In this document: piece by piece, positions 9,576 through 19,635 of the stretch
Numbering within the stretch: position 1 is the stretch's first letter
Layout: the number at the start of each line of letters is the position of its first letter
DNA from: Bacteroidaceae bacterium
GTDB lineage: Bacteria > Bacteroidota > Bacteroidia > Bacteroidales > Barnesiellaceae_A
Direction of reading: 5' to 3'
Assembly (NCBI GenBank): GCA_017532725.1
Contig: JAFXIZ010000072.1
Span: 9,956-73,955 of the forward strand
DNA: 64,000 bases
The notes under the pieces: generated by a model
What the model was told of the DNA's origin: nothing
Database searches by the model: none
What the model saw: the letters and a program-made list of their open reading frames with translations, nothing else
Program-made: the position numbers and the translations under genes

Positions 9576-11471
9576 CTACGACCTGCCCGAGGGTTGTTGC
9601 GACAATTGTTCCATTGCTTGCATAGCCATTTGCTGCTGCTCGGCATCGATGCGTTGTAACAGTTTGTCGGCAAAGGGGAATGAGCCTGTCTCGAGCAGTG
9701 TAGGCAATGAAATCTGCCCGTTGCGGAAGAGTGCCAACAGAAATTCGTTGGATGACTGACGAAATGCCGGTGCTGTAGCCGATTCGCTGATGACAAGGTC
9801 GAGTTCGGCGTAACGTACCTGTTCGGGAGTAACTTGAGTAAGCAGTACACTATCCTCACCCAATATGCGCTCGTATCGTTGCTCGCTGTAGTATTGTTGA
9901 ATGGTTTTGAGTATCTTGTTGTCGCGCTCTTCTCGGAATGTCTTGAACGACTCGAAGATGTCGAGCAGGTTGGTAGCCGAGTATTGCACTTGCTGTGCGT
10001 ATAGCGATGAGGGTGTGCCACTTGAAACGGCCTTGCCCTGCATAGCACTGTGTACCCCCGATATATCCTCAAGCAGTCGCATCTGCAACGACAGTAGTTC
10101 GTAGGCTCCCACGTTGGTGGCATTGACCGATATTTGTTGGGGTATGGAACTGCCCGGCTTGGGACGGAACAATATCACACCGTTGTAGCGAGTCCACTCC
10201 GATGCAATCTCCTCGAGGGTCATACCGTCGGGTATTTGGTCTTCGGGGAATAACAAGACACCCTTGGCACTGCTACCCATTATAAAGTCTATCATCGTAA
10301 TGAGGCGATTGATGTAGCGTTGTTGGTCGATGACGTCTTCGACAAACGAGTGTACCTCGCCATCGAGCAGTGGATATAGATGAAAGCAGTAGGGGTGTTC
10401 GCCGTGCCAATAGGGTGTTTCGCCCTCGTCGAGTATATCTCCCGTTGGGGCAAAGAATCGGTAGTACCAATAGTGGTCGATAAACCATTCGCTCTCTATC
10501 AGAGGTACTTCGGCTGTGTCGGTACCCTGTTGCGTGGCTTGCGCCATACGTCTTTTATTCTCCTTGTCGATGCTATCCTTTTCCGATAACTCGATTTTGT
10601 AAAAGTCGCCCGTAAGCGTGTCGTGGCAGCGCAATCGCTCGCGCGACTCCAATCGCCACACCTCTATGACGCGACAGCGTTCGGGGGCTGTTGAGGTGAA
10701 GAAGTGCAGTGTGTCTTTATTTTTGCCCGACAGCATATCGTGGCTGCTGTAGCGTGTTTCGTTCGATATATCTCCATAAATTTGTTTCAGCGTTTGTGCT
10801 TTCTCCTCGTTGCCTTGACTGAAACGCGCTACCACATCGGGCAGCGACATATCGTGCAACTCGCCAATCATCGTGCAGTCCCACAACCTGCAATCCTCGA
10901 TGTTGTTGAAGAAGATGCGCGATGGTTGTACGGTATCGATCCACACATCGGTCTTGCCGTGGCGTGTATTGTATCCTATTTTGTGAAAGCACGAGCCCGA
11001 AATGAGGTATTCCTCAAGGGTGCGACTGTCGAGTTCGTTGAGGCGATTGTGCTGATATACATATTGCATAACACTGCTCATCAGTTCGCCCAACTGCTGT
11101 TCGTTACGGTCGCGAGCGATGCAGGTAGGCTCGGTCTGTGCGCTGCGAAATTGCCCGAGTACACTCTTGATGAGTTGTCGTATCAAGTTGTTCTTGAGGG
11201 GTACTTTGCCTTGTTCGCGCAGATAGTGTTCCTCGCTTACAACACGCCCGTCGGGCAGTTCGACGGGGTCGCACCACTGCTTGCCAAACGTGTAGTTGCG
11301 ATTGCGTGTACGTTGTGCGCGATAGTGCGATAGTGCCTCCCACGCCGAGCAGGCCTCTTGCAGTATGGTGTGGTCTTGCTTGCTGAAGTCCGACGCAGCC
11401 TTGCGCTCGGCATTGTCCGATTGTGGCATAAGCCTCTTGCGATTGAATGTGCGATAATCAATGGTGTTCAT
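9576..11471 (-). CDS. phage portal protein homolog (P22/T7-like), solitary
   Basis: 631 aa. N-terminal NYTFGKQW motif followed by NNLIRQLIKSVLGQF. Mid-protein blocks RVIEVWRLE and GEHPYCFHLYPLLDGEVHSFVEDVIDQQRYINRLITMIDF. Gln-rich C-terminal helix. The block order parallels P22 gp1-type portals as I recall them. Confidence 0.65.
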   Translation of the reverse strand: MNTIDYRTFNRKRLMPQSDNAERKAASDFSKQDHTILQEACSAWEALSHYRAQRTRNRNYTFGKQWCDPVELPDGRVVSEEHYLREQGKVPLKNNLIRQLIKSVLGQFRSAQTEPTCIARDRNEQQLGELMSSVMQYVYQHNRLNELDSRTLEEYLISGSCFHKIGYNTRHGKTDVWIDTVQPSRIFFNNIEDCRLWDCTMIGELHDMSLPDVVARFSQGNEEKAQTLKQIYGDISNETRYSSHDMLSGKNKDTLHFFTSTAPERCRVIEVWRLESRERLRCHDTLTGDFYKIELSEKDSIDKENKRRMAQATQQGTDTAEVPLIESEWFIDHYWYYRFFAPTGDILDEGETPYWHGEHPYCFHLYPLLDGEVHSFVEDVIDQQRYINRLITMIDFIMGSSAKGVLLFPEDQIPDGMTLEEIASEWTRYNGVILFRPKPGSSIPQQISVNATNVGAYELLSLQMRLLEDISGVHSAMQGKAVSSGTPSSLYAQQVQYSATNLLDIFESFKTFREERDNKILKTIQQYYSEQRYERILGEDSVLLTQVTPEQVRYAELDLVISESATAPAFRQSSNEFLLALFRNGQISLPTLLETGSFPFADKLLQRIDAEQQQMAMQAMEQLSQQPSGRS

Positions 11472-11572
11472 AGTCGATGTTTTTTTGATGAATATTTTTC
11501 GACCACAAAGTAATTATCGCTGTGCAAGGCGTTGTTGCGATAGAATGAATAATGGCCTTATGGAAACGACAA

Positions 11573-11601
11573 GAGGCTATGCCAAATTTTGGCATAGCCT
11601 C
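11573..11601. terminator. hairpin terminator downstream of the Nif3/Zn-ribbon operon
   Basis: gaggctatgcc-aaatttt-ggcatagcctc, a perfect 11-bp stem. Confidence 0.6.
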
Positions 11602-11728
11602 TCCTGCAATCAAAGATTTTTTTTTGACTTTATCTCTTAAGACCTTATTTCCTGCGATAAGCCACAGTCGAACATCGGTCTTGCTCTATTCTTCAACTAT
11701 TGTTGCAACAATGCAACAGGGTAGTTTC

Positions 11729-12487
11729 TTATTCGGTTACGCCGGCAAGTTCGGGATCAACCATAATACGACCACAATACTCACAAACGATTATTTTCTT
11801 GTGCATCTTGATGTCGAGTTGGCGTTGGGGAGGAATACGGTTGAAGCAACCACCACAGGCGTCACGTTGGATGTAAACAACAGCCAAACCATTGCGTGCG
11901 TTCTTGCGAATACGCTTGAAGGCTTGCAACAAGCGAGGCTCGATTTGCTCCTCTACTTTCTTTACTTTCTCGCGTATCTTCTCTTCGTCTTGCTTGGTCT
12001 CGGCTATGATACCTGCCAATTCCGACTTCTTCTCTTCAAGAAGTTTCGAACGGTCCTCGAGGTTTTCGCGACATACGGTCAACTCGTCGTTACGACGGTT
12101 GATGATGTTGTTTGCTTCGCGTATTTTCTTTTCGAGGGCTTGGATTGAGAGGTCTTGGAACTCGATTTCCTTGTTGAGTTTGTCAAACTCGTGGTTGTTG
12201 CGTACCTCGTCGAGTTGTGTTTTGTAACGCTCTATTTTGTTTTTTGCAACGTGTATCTCTTCATTGTAAGAGGTGATGTCTTTGCGGCTTGCATTGATTG
12301 CCTCTTCAAATTTTTCGATACGAGTTTGCAGACCTGTTACCTCGGCCTCAAGGTCTTCTACCTCAAGGGGTAATTCGCCACGAAGGGTTTTGATACGGTC
12401 TATTTCCGAATGTAATGTTTGCAATTCGTAGAGTGATTTGAGTTTTTCCTCTACGGTGTACTCTTTTTCTTTTGTCTTTTCTGCCAT
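11729..12487 (-). CDS. coiled-coil C4 zinc-ribbon protein (DUF164/COG1579 family)
   Basis: Long coiled coil plus C-terminal CGGC...CEYC. Forms the conserved pair with the upstream Nif3 gene. Confidence 0.8.
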   Translation of the reverse strand: MAEKTKEKEYTVEEKLKSLYELQTLHSEIDRIKTLRGELPLEVEDLEAEVTGLQTRIEKFEEAINASRKDITSYNEEIHVAKNKIERYKTQLDEVRNNHEFDKLNKEIEFQDLSIQALEKKIREANNIINRRNDELTVCRENLEDRSKLLEEKKSELAGIIAETKQDEEKIREKVKKVEEQIEPRLLQAFKRIRKNARNGLAVVYIQRDACGGCFNRIPPQRQLDIKMHKKIIVCEYCGRIMVDPELAGVTE

Positions 12488-12490
12488 CGC

Positions 12491-13582
12491 TTACAGATAT
12501 TTTATCGGATTTGTTTCTACAGTTGCGTAGTGGGTTGCAAAGGTAGGGAATTTTTTTGTAATTACCTCACAAAAAATCTCTTTTGTGTGTTGCTCGCTTT
12601 CGTAATGTCCTATTTCTGCCAGAATCAATTTGTTTTCGTAACCGAAAAAGGGATGATAACCTATCTCTCCGGTAATGAAAATATCGGCTCCGGCTGCAAG
12701 AGCCTTGTTGATGAGCGAACTGCCTGAGCCTCCACATAGTGCTACTCGTTGCACTTGTTGTCCGGCTGTCGCATTGTGGCGTATCGAGCCGCAATGCAAC
12801 TCATCCTTGAGTTGTTGCAGCAGGGCTATGGCATCGGTTTTGTGAGGCAGATTTCCTACAACGCCCATACCGGCTTGCGTGTAGTCGTTGGCTATGGGTA
12901 TGAGGTCGTATGCAGGCTCTTCGTAGGGGTGTGCTTGTAACAATGCGCGAATGACACGACTCTGCAAGTAGCGAGGCATTATCACCTCGATGCGGCTTTC
13001 GGCCTCGTGGTGTACCTCTCCTTTGTTGCCACAATAGGGGTGGGTGTTCTCTCCTGCACGGAAAGTGCCTACTCCTTGTGTGTTGTAACTGCAACAGTCG
13101 TAGTTGCCTATCGTTCCTGCGCCGGCATCAAAGAGGGCTTGACGCACACTGTCGGCGTTGTCGTGTGGTGCGTAAGTAACCAATTTGTACAGCATATCGG
13201 CTGTGGGTTGCAATACCTCGACATCGGTAAGGGCAAGTTGTTGCGCCCAACGATGATTGACGGCTACGGCATCGAGGTTGGTGTGCGCTGCATAGATGGC
13301 TATGTCGTTGCGCAGTGCTTTTATCACTATTCGCTCGATGTAGTTGCTGCCGGTAATGCGCTTGAGTGGCCTGAAGAGTAGGGGGTGGTGTGCTATGATG
13401 AGGTTGCACCCTTTTTGTATGGCTTCATCGACAACCTCTTCGGTGACATCCACACACAGCAATGCTCCGGTGGCTGCAAGTGAGGCATCGCCCACTTGCA
13501 GTCCGGCATTGTCGTAACTCTCTTGAAGTGCCAATGGGGCAAACTCTTCAATAGCGGCTGTTATTTCGCGTATTGTTGGCAT
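12491..13582 (-). CDS. Nif3-like dinuclear metal centre protein (YbgI/GTP cyclohydrolase 1 type 2 homolog)
   Basis: NAGLQVGD, IIAHHPLLF and HTNLD motifs, with an inserted PII-like domain; 363 aa. Confidence 0.9.
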   Translation of the reverse strand: MPTIREITAAIEEFAPLALQESYDNAGLQVGDASLAATGALLCVDVTEEVVDEAIQKGCNLIIAHHPLLFRPLKRITGSNYIERIVIKALRNDIAIYAAHTNLDAVAVNHRWAQQLALTDVEVLQPTADMLYKLVTYAPHDNADSVRQALFDAGAGTIGNYDCCSYNTQGVGTFRAGENTHPYCGNKGEVHHEAESRIEVIMPRYLQSRVIRALLQAHPYEEPAYDLIPIANDYTQAGMGVVGNLPHKTDAIALLQQLKDELHCGSIRHNATAGQQVQRVALCGGSGSSLINKALAAGADIFITGEIGYHPFFGYENKLILAEIGHYESEQHTKEIFCEVITKKFPTFATHYATVETNPIKYL

Positions 13583-13585
13583 AAG

Positions 13586-15349
13586 TTATGCTTGCTCTTC
13601 TTTGAGGCATACGTCGATGCACAACTCCTCGAGTTGCTCGGGGGCAATTGTCGAGGGTGCATCCATCATTACGTCGCGACCCGAGTTGTTCTTGGGGAAT
13701 GCGATACAGTCGCGTATCGAGTCGAGGCCGGCAAAGATTGATACAAAACGGTCGAGACCGAATGCCAAACCACCGTGAGGGGGTGCACCGTACTTGAAGG
13801 CGTTCATCAAGAAACCGAATTGTGCTTGTGCTTGTTCGGGGGTGAAGCCGAGCAACTTGAACATTGTATCTTGCAACTTGCTGTCGTGGATACGGATAGA
13901 GCCTCCACCAAGTTCAACGCCGTTCACTACCATATCGTAGGCGTTGGCGCGTACTGCACCGGGGTCACTTTCGAGTAGGTGTATATCTTCGGGTTTGGGC
14001 GATGTGAAGGGGTGGTGCATTGCGTAGAAACGTTGTGTTTCGTCGTCCCATTCAAAGAGGGGGAAGTCGATAACCCACAGGGGCGAATATACGTTCTTGT
14101 CGCGCAATCCGAGGCGGCTACCCATCTCGAGGCGTAGTTCGCACAAGGCTTTGCGTGTCTTCATTGTGTCGCCGGCAAGGATGAGCATAAGGTCGCCGGG
14201 GGCTGCATCGAAACGCTCGGCCCAAGCACGCAACTCTTCGGGGCTGTAGAACTTGTCAACCGACGACTTGAAGTTGCCTGCTTCGTCGTATCTTACCCAT
14301 ACGAGGCCTTTTGCGCCTATTTGGGGACGTTTTACAAACTCGGTCAACTCGTCGATTTGCTTGCGAGTGTAACCGGCACAACCTTTACAGCAGATACCTC
14401 CCACATAGGGAACGCTGTCGAATACTACAAAGTTCTTGCCTTCGGTAAGGTCTTTCAACTCGACAAACTTCATCTCAAAGCGAGTATCGGGCTTGTCGCT
14501 ACCGTAGTATTTCATTGCATCGGCCCACGCCATACGGGGGAAGGGCTCGGTAAAGTCGATGTTCTTGATATATTTGAAGAGGTGTTTGGCCATACCCTCA
14601 AATACGTTGAGTACGTCTTCTTGCTCTACAAACGACATCTCGCAGTCGATTTGTGTAAACTCGGGTTGACGGTCGGCGCGCAAGTCCTCATCGCGGAAAC
14701 ATTTCACGATTTGGAAGTAACGGTCGAAGCCCGACACCATAAGGAGTTGTTTGAGGGTTTGGGGCGATTGAGGCAGGGCATAGAACTCACCGGGATTCAT
14801 ACGCGAGGGAACGACAAAGTCGCGTGCGCCTTCGGGTGTCGATTTGATGAGTACGGGGGTTTCTACCTCAAGGAAGTTTTGAGCATCGAGATATCGACGT
14901 ACCTCGAATGCCATTTTGTGGCGCAACTCAAGATTGCGACGCACTGCGTTACGACGCAAGTCGAGGTAACGGTATTGCATACGCAAGTCGTCGCCACCAT
15001 CTGTTTCGTCTTCGATGGTGAATGGAGGCACGATAGAGGCGTTAAGCACATTCAGTTCGCTTACGATTATCTCTATTTCGCCTGTATCTATGCGTGCGTT
15101 TTTGTTGCTACGCTCGGCTACTTCACCGGTTATTTGTATTACATATTCGCGTCCGAGTTTGTTGGCTTGCTCGCACAAGGGTGCATTTACTTCTTGATTG
15201 AAAACCAATTGGGTAATGCCATAACGGTCGCGCAGGTCAACGAATGTCATACCTCCCATTTTGCGAGTGCGTTGCACCCAACCACACAGGGTTACGGTTG
15301 TTCCGGCATCGCTCAAGCGCAACTCGCCACAAGTTTTTGTCCTGTACAT
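13586..15349 (-). CDS. aspS: aspartate--tRNA ligase
   Basis: [11 protein letters not shown]..., class II motifs [18 protein letters not shown] and GGGSIRIH. Start set at the ATG at 15349, a typical AspS N-terminus. Confidence 0.95.
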   Translation of the reverse strand: MYRTKTCGELRLSDAGTTVTLCGWVQRTRKMGGMTFVDLRDRYGITQLVFNQEVNAPLCEQANKLGREYVIQITGEVAERSNKNARIDTGEIEIIVSELNVLNASIVPPFTIEDETDGGDDLRMQYRYLDLRRNAVRRNLELRHKMAFEVRRYLDAQNFLEVETPVLIKSTPEGARDFVVPSRMNPGEFYALPQSPQTLKQLLMVSGFDRYFQIVKCFRDEDLRADRQPEFTQIDCEMSFVEQEDVLNVFEGMAKHLFKYIKNIDFTEPFPRMAWADAMKYYGSDKPDTRFEMKFVELKDLTEGKNFVVFDSVPYVGGICCKGCAGYTRKQIDELTEFVKRPQIGAKGLVWVRYDEAGNFKSSVDKFYSPEELRAWAERFDAAPGDLMLILAGDTMKTRKALCELRLEMGSRLGLRDKNVYSPLWVIDFPLFEWDDETQRFYAMHHPFTSPKPEDIHLLESDPGAVRANAYDMVVNGVELGGGSIRIHDSKLQDTMFKLLGFTPEQAQAQFGFLMNAFKYGAPPHGGLAFGLDRFVSIFAGLDSIRDCIAFPKNNSGRDVMMDAPSTIAPEQLEELCIDVCLKEEQA

Positions 15350-15469
15350 TTTGTTAGTTATTTTAGGTTTATTATTCTCTTTGTTTGTATGCTGCAATAT
15401 ATACAACCTGTTACATTACAGTTGTTATATAGCCACTTTTGCTGCAAACTATACAACCTGCAAAAATAC

Positions 15470-15503
15470 AAAAAAATCGGCACTATATATCATATATTGC
15501 CGA
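15470..15503 (-). terminator. rho-independent terminator of dnaG
   Basis: Hairpin tcggcactatat/atatattgccga followed on the minus strand by a T7 run. Confidence 0.6.
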
Positions 15504-15577
15504 GTATTTTCGTTCTTTCGCTCAATAGTTACTCTATTTTGCGATGTGGGGTTGAGTTTTTTAATATGTGTGCAGGG

Positions 15578-17899
15578 TTACTTGCCGCTCTTGGCCGGTA
15601 CGATGCGGTCGCCTATGTATTGGGCAAGTTCTTTGCGCACCTTCATATAGTGCGAAATCTCTTCCAATACGAATATCATATCGTCGAAATGTCCCGACGA
15701 CTGCATTGTGCGCATTGTGCCACGAAGTGCCTCGATGCGACGCATTATAATGGCATCTTTCAACTCAAATACGGCACGAGGTATCAGTTCGTTGAGTCGG
15801 TCGATGTCGCGCTCTACTACCTGATACTTGGTGTGTATCTTGCTCAATTGGTGACGGTCGCTCACCAAGTCGATGGCTTGGGTGCTTAATTCTATATCGG
15901 GGCTGTTAACAAAAGTGTGGCCTATGTACGATATTTGTGCTTCGTAGCGAACTTGTTGGCACGCATCTTGGAAGCGTTCTTCGGCTATCTTTATCAACTT
16001 TTCGTCGGGCTCTTGCGCTTTGTTTATCTCATCCAATTCTTGCTGTAGAGCCTCGCGAAGTCGTGGCAGACTGTTTTCCAATTTTATCTCGCCGTAGTGT
16101 GTGGCTGCATCGCGACTTATCGAGTGGGCGTCCTCAAAGAATCGGGCATAGATGGGGTGATTTATCTTTACCTCATCGGCCTCCAACTCTTGTGTAATGT
16201 AGTCTAATACATCGCATTCCGATATGTTGCCTTCTTCGTCCGACCGGTTAATTCGGGCAAAGCCGTAGCGTAGTATGTAACGAGCAATGGTGCGCTCGCA
16301 TTTTTCTATTATCTTGTCCTCCTTCGATGCTGTGGGTAGTTCTACGCGAGGAGGCTCGGCTGGTGCCGGCTCTTCGGGGGTAGGGGGTACTTCGTATTGG
16401 TCGAGGGGGATGTCGGTTATGTTGTTGCCTGCATCTGTGGGTTGCGCCTCATTGGGTATGGGTGGCTCAGTATGGGGCGCATCGGGCTGTGTGGCAGGCG
16501 TGGGGATGTTACTGCCGGGCTGTTTTGTGCCTGTTGCCTGATTATCTCTCGGCGAACGATATTTGTTACCCGTAGGTGTTGTCTCCTGCTCGCGCTTGTC
16601 GCGTCGTATCTTGTTTACTTCGCGCATAAGCATCTTTTCGTCAACGTCGAGTAGTCGGGCGCAATCCTGCACATACACCGAGCGCAATATGTTGTCGGGT
16701 ATGATGGCTATAGAACGCACTATGTCGCCTATCAAGGTGGCTCGCTTGATGGGGTCGTTGCCTGCCCCCTCCAATAGCAAGTTGGTCTTGAAACGGATAA
16801 AATCGGTTTCGTGGGCCTTGATATAGGCTGTAAAGTCGCTTGCACTCTGTTTCTTGGAGAAGGAGTCGGGGTCATCACCGTCGGGTAGTAGCACCACCTT
16901 GATGTTCATACCCTCTTGCAAGATGAGGTCGATACCACGCAACGAAGCCTTGATACCGGCAGCATCGCCGTCATAGAGTACGGTGATGTTGTTGGTAAAA
17001 CGGTGTATCAGTCGTATTTGTCCCGGAGTGAGTGATGTACCCGATGAAGCCACAACATTCTCTATGCCGGCTTGATGCATCGATAGTACATCGGTGTAGC
17101 CCTCTACAAGATAGCAAAAGTCGTTCTTTACGATAGCCTGTTTGGCGTGATAGATGCCATACAGCACATCGCTCTTGTGGTACACTTCCGATTCGGGCGA
17201 GTTGACATACTTGGCAGCCTTTTCATCTTTCTTCAGGATGCGACCACCGAAGGCTATTACTTTGCCCGACAGGCTATGAATGGGGAAGATGACACGACTC
17301 TTATAACGGTCGTAGAGTGAGCCTTGTTGCGACTCAAGGCACAAGCCGGTCTTGAGCAGATACTCCTTCTTGTATCCCTTGCGTATCGCCTCTTGAGCAA
17401 GAGCGTCGCGCTTTTCGGGCGAGTATCCGAGTCCAAACTTCTTGATAATATCCTCGCCAAAGCCACGCTCACGAAAGTAACCCAAGCCTATAGAGCGACC
17501 CTCGACATTCTCCAGCAGATTGGTAGTGAAGAATTTTTGTGCAAAATCGTTCACGATGAGCATACTCTCGCGATCGGTTTTGCGTTGTTTCTCCTCTTCG
17601 GTAAGTTCCTTTTCCTGTATCTCTATGTTGTACTTGCGAGCAAGGTACTTCAGTGCCTCGTAGAACGAAACCTGTTCGTGTTCCATTACAAAGTGTACCG
17701 AGTTACCACCCTTGCCACAACTGAAACACTTGCATATACCACGCGCCGGCGATACCGAGAACGAAGGCGTCTTTTCATCGTGAAACGGACACAGACCCAC
17801 ATAGTTAGCACCACGTCGGCGCAACGTAACAAAGTCCGATACCACCTCCACAATATTGGCAGCATCAAGAATACGGTCTATGGTATGTTGGTCTATCAT
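15578..17899 (-). CDS. dnaG: DNA primase
   Basis: Zinc finger CPFHDEKTPSFSV...CFSCGKGG and a Toprim block LVEGYTDV...YDGDAAG. A long Pro/Thr-rich linker precedes the C-terminal domain. Confidence 0.9.
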   Translation of the reverse strand: MIDQHTIDRILDAANIVEVVSDFVTLRRRGANYVGLCPFHDEKTPSFSVSPARGICKCFSCGKGGNSVHFVMEHEQVSFYEALKYLARKYNIEIQEKELTEEEKQRKTDRESMLIVNDFAQKFFTTNLLENVEGRSIGLGYFRERGFGEDIIKKFGLGYSPEKRDALAQEAIRKGYKKEYLLKTGLCLESQQGSLYDRYKSRVIFPIHSLSGKVIAFGGRILKKDEKAAKYVNSPESEVYHKSDVLYGIYHAKQAIVKNDFCYLVEGYTDVLSMHQAGIENVVASSGTSLTPGQIRLIHRFTNNITVLYDGDAAGIKASLRGIDLILQEGMNIKVVLLPDGDDPDSFSKKQSASDFTAYIKAHETDFIRFKTNLLLEGAGNDPIKRATLIGDIVRSIAIIPDNILRSVYVQDCARLLDVDEKMLMREVNKIRRDKREQETTPTGNKYRSPRDNQATGTKQPGSNIPTPATQPDAPHTEPPIPNEAQPTDAGNNITDIPLDQYEVPPTPEEPAPAEPPRVELPTASKEDKIIEKCERTIARYILRYGFARINRSDEEGNISECDVLDYITQELEADEVKINHPIYARFFEDAHSISRDAATHYGEIKLENSLPRLREALQQELDEINKAQEPDEKLIKIAEERFQDACQQVRYEAQISYIGHTFVNSPDIELSTQAIDLVSDRHQLSKIHTKYQVVERDIDRLNELIPRAVFELKDAIIMRRIEALRGTMRTMQSSGHFDDMIFVLEEISHYMKVRKELAQYIGDRIVPAKSGK

Positions 17900-17963
17900 T
17901 GTCCTATGATGAATTTGACCTACAAAGGTAAGAATTTAGTTGTATTTTGCCTACTTAACACAC

Positions 17964-18000
17964 AAAAAAAAGACTGCCCAACTTTTGTTGTTAGACAGCC
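17964..18000 (-). terminator. possible terminator of aspA
   Basis: On the minus strand, a 7-bp stem that needs G:U pairs, followed by a T8 run. Confidence 0.4.
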
Positions 18001-18027
18001 TCTTGGCTTATGTTCTATCTCAAACGA

Positions 18028-19452
18028 TTAGTGTTTGGGCTTGATGTCGAACTTAACGGGGTGCAACATATTCTCGGGGCTGAGGATAGTGTCGAGTTCC
18101 TCTTTGGTGATGATGTCGTGTTCAAGAACGAGATCATATACGCTGCGACCTGTTTCGAGTGCCTCTTTGGCAATCTTGGTTGAGTTCTTGTAGCCGATAA
18201 CGGGGTTGAGGGCTGTTACGATACCGATACTGTTGTGTACCATTGTGCGGCAGTGATCGGCGTTGGGTGTGATACCCTCGATACAACGTGTTACGAGTGT
18301 GTCGAAACCGTTGCGCATCAAGTCGATTGACTCGAAGCAACATTGTGCCATAACGGGCTCCATTGCGTTCAACTCCATTTGTGCAGAGTCGCCGGCCATT
18401 GTTACGCACAATTCGTTACCCATTACTTTGTAGCATATTTGGCTCATTACCTCGGGGATAACGGGGTTAACCTTACCGGGCATAATTGACGAACCGGGTT
18501 GCATAGGAGGCAAGTTAAACTCTGCCAAGCCACAACGAGGACCACAAGCGAGCAAACGAAGGTCGTTACATATTTTGTTTACTTTCACAGCCAAGCGTTT
18601 CAAGGCCGATGCGTAACCTACCATACAAGATGTATCGGATGTAGCACCTACGAGGTCGCCCGAGAGTTTAAACTCAAGACCTGTGATGTCGCACATAGCC
18701 TTCACGCACTTCTCGGCATAGCCCGGCTCGGCGCAGATACCTGTACCGATGGCAGTAGCACCCATATTTACAGTGAGGAAGTCCTCGGCTGCGTGGTTGA
18801 GGTGGGCTATCTCATCGGTAAGGATGCTTGCAAAACCGTGGAATGTTTGACCCAGAGTCATAGGTACGGCATCTTGCAATTGAGTACGACCCATCTTGAT
18901 AACGTGGGCCATCTCATCGCCCTTCTTGTTGAGGGCATCGATAAGGCGTTGCAAGTGGGGCATAAATTCTTGGTGCGAGTAGTAAAGACCTACGTGGATA
19001 GCAGTAGGATATGCGTCGTTGGTCGATTGGGCACAGTTAACGTGATCGTTGGGCGAGCAGTATTGGAATTCGCCACGCTTGTGACCCATAAGGTCGAGCG
19101 CATGGTTGGCTATTACCTCATTGGCATTCATATTGGTAGTAGTACCGGCACCACCTTGTATCATATCGATGGGGAATTGGTCGTGGTGTTGACCATCGAG
19201 TATCTCTTTGCAAGCAGCGATGATGGCTTTGGCTTGTTCATCGGTAAGCAAGCCAAGTTCGTGGTTGGCCATAGCGGCAGCCATCTTGGTTATAGCAAGA
19301 CCGTTGATAAACTTGGGATACTCATTCAAGTGAAACTTACTGATAGGGAAGTTTTCGATACCACGAAGTGTTTGTACACCGTACAAAGCATCTGCGGGAA
19401 TTTCACGCGCACCGAGCAAGTCGCTCTCAATGCGAAATTCTGTCTCTTTCAT
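18028..19452 (-). CDS. aspA: aspartate ammonia-lyase
   Basis: Fumarate-lyase signature GSSIMPGKVNP. The N-terminus EFRIESDLLGAREIPADALYGVQTLRGIENFPIS is typical of aspartase. Confidence 0.85.
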   Translation of the reverse strand: MKETEFRIESDLLGAREIPADALYGVQTLRGIENFPISKFHLNEYPKFINGLAITKMAAAMANHELGLLTDEQAKAIIAACKEILDGQHHDQFPIDMIQGGAGTTTNMNANEVIANHALDLMGHKRGEFQYCSPNDHVNCAQSTNDAYPTAIHVGLYYSHQEFMPHLQRLIDALNKKGDEMAHVIKMGRTQLQDAVPMTLGQTFHGFASILTDEIAHLNHAAEDFLTVNMGATAIGTGICAEPGYAEKCVKAMCDITGLEFKLSGDLVGATSDTSCMVGYASALKRLAVKVNKICNDLRLLACGPRCGLAEFNLPPMQPGSSIMPGKVNPVIPEVMSQICYKVMGNELCVTMAGDSAQMELNAMEPVMAQCCFESIDLMRNGFDTLVTRCIEGITPNADHCRTMVHNSIGIVTALNPVIGYKNSTKIAKEALETGRSVYDLVLEHDIITKEELDTILSPENMLHPVKFDIKPKH

Positions 19453-19551
19453 TTTAGTTTAGATATTTAAGGTTAAATCTGTTCTCTCTTTCGCAGCGCA
19501 CCACAGCAGGGCTCTTATTATCCTTGCACAGCCTCACTGCACTTTGCTTTG

Positions 19552-19559
19552 CAAAGTTA
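19552..19559 (-). promoter_or_regulatory. -7 box TAACTTTG upstream of aspA
   Basis: Exact match to the Bacteroidetes TAnnTTTG consensus, about 100 nt upstream of the aspA ATG. Confidence 0.4.
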
Positions 19560-19635
19560 CACCCAAAGAGTGAATAAAGCAAATTTTATTGTGAGATAAT
19601 TTGAACGTATTTATTATGAGTGTTTTATTGCCTTT

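Noticed and set aside
14321-15889. Long plus-strand ORF (522 aa) overlapping aspS and dnaG, treated as a gene.
   Set aside because: It is a shadow ORF antisense to two strongly supported genes and has no recognisable motifs. The same reasoning rejects 39569-41455(-), 32774-33847(-), 18499-19470(+), 1526-2359(-), 22470-23210(-), 24329-25066(-), 27766-28497(-), 35825-36658(-), 9425-10123(-), 51386-52129(+) and the other antisense or overlapping ORFs in the track.
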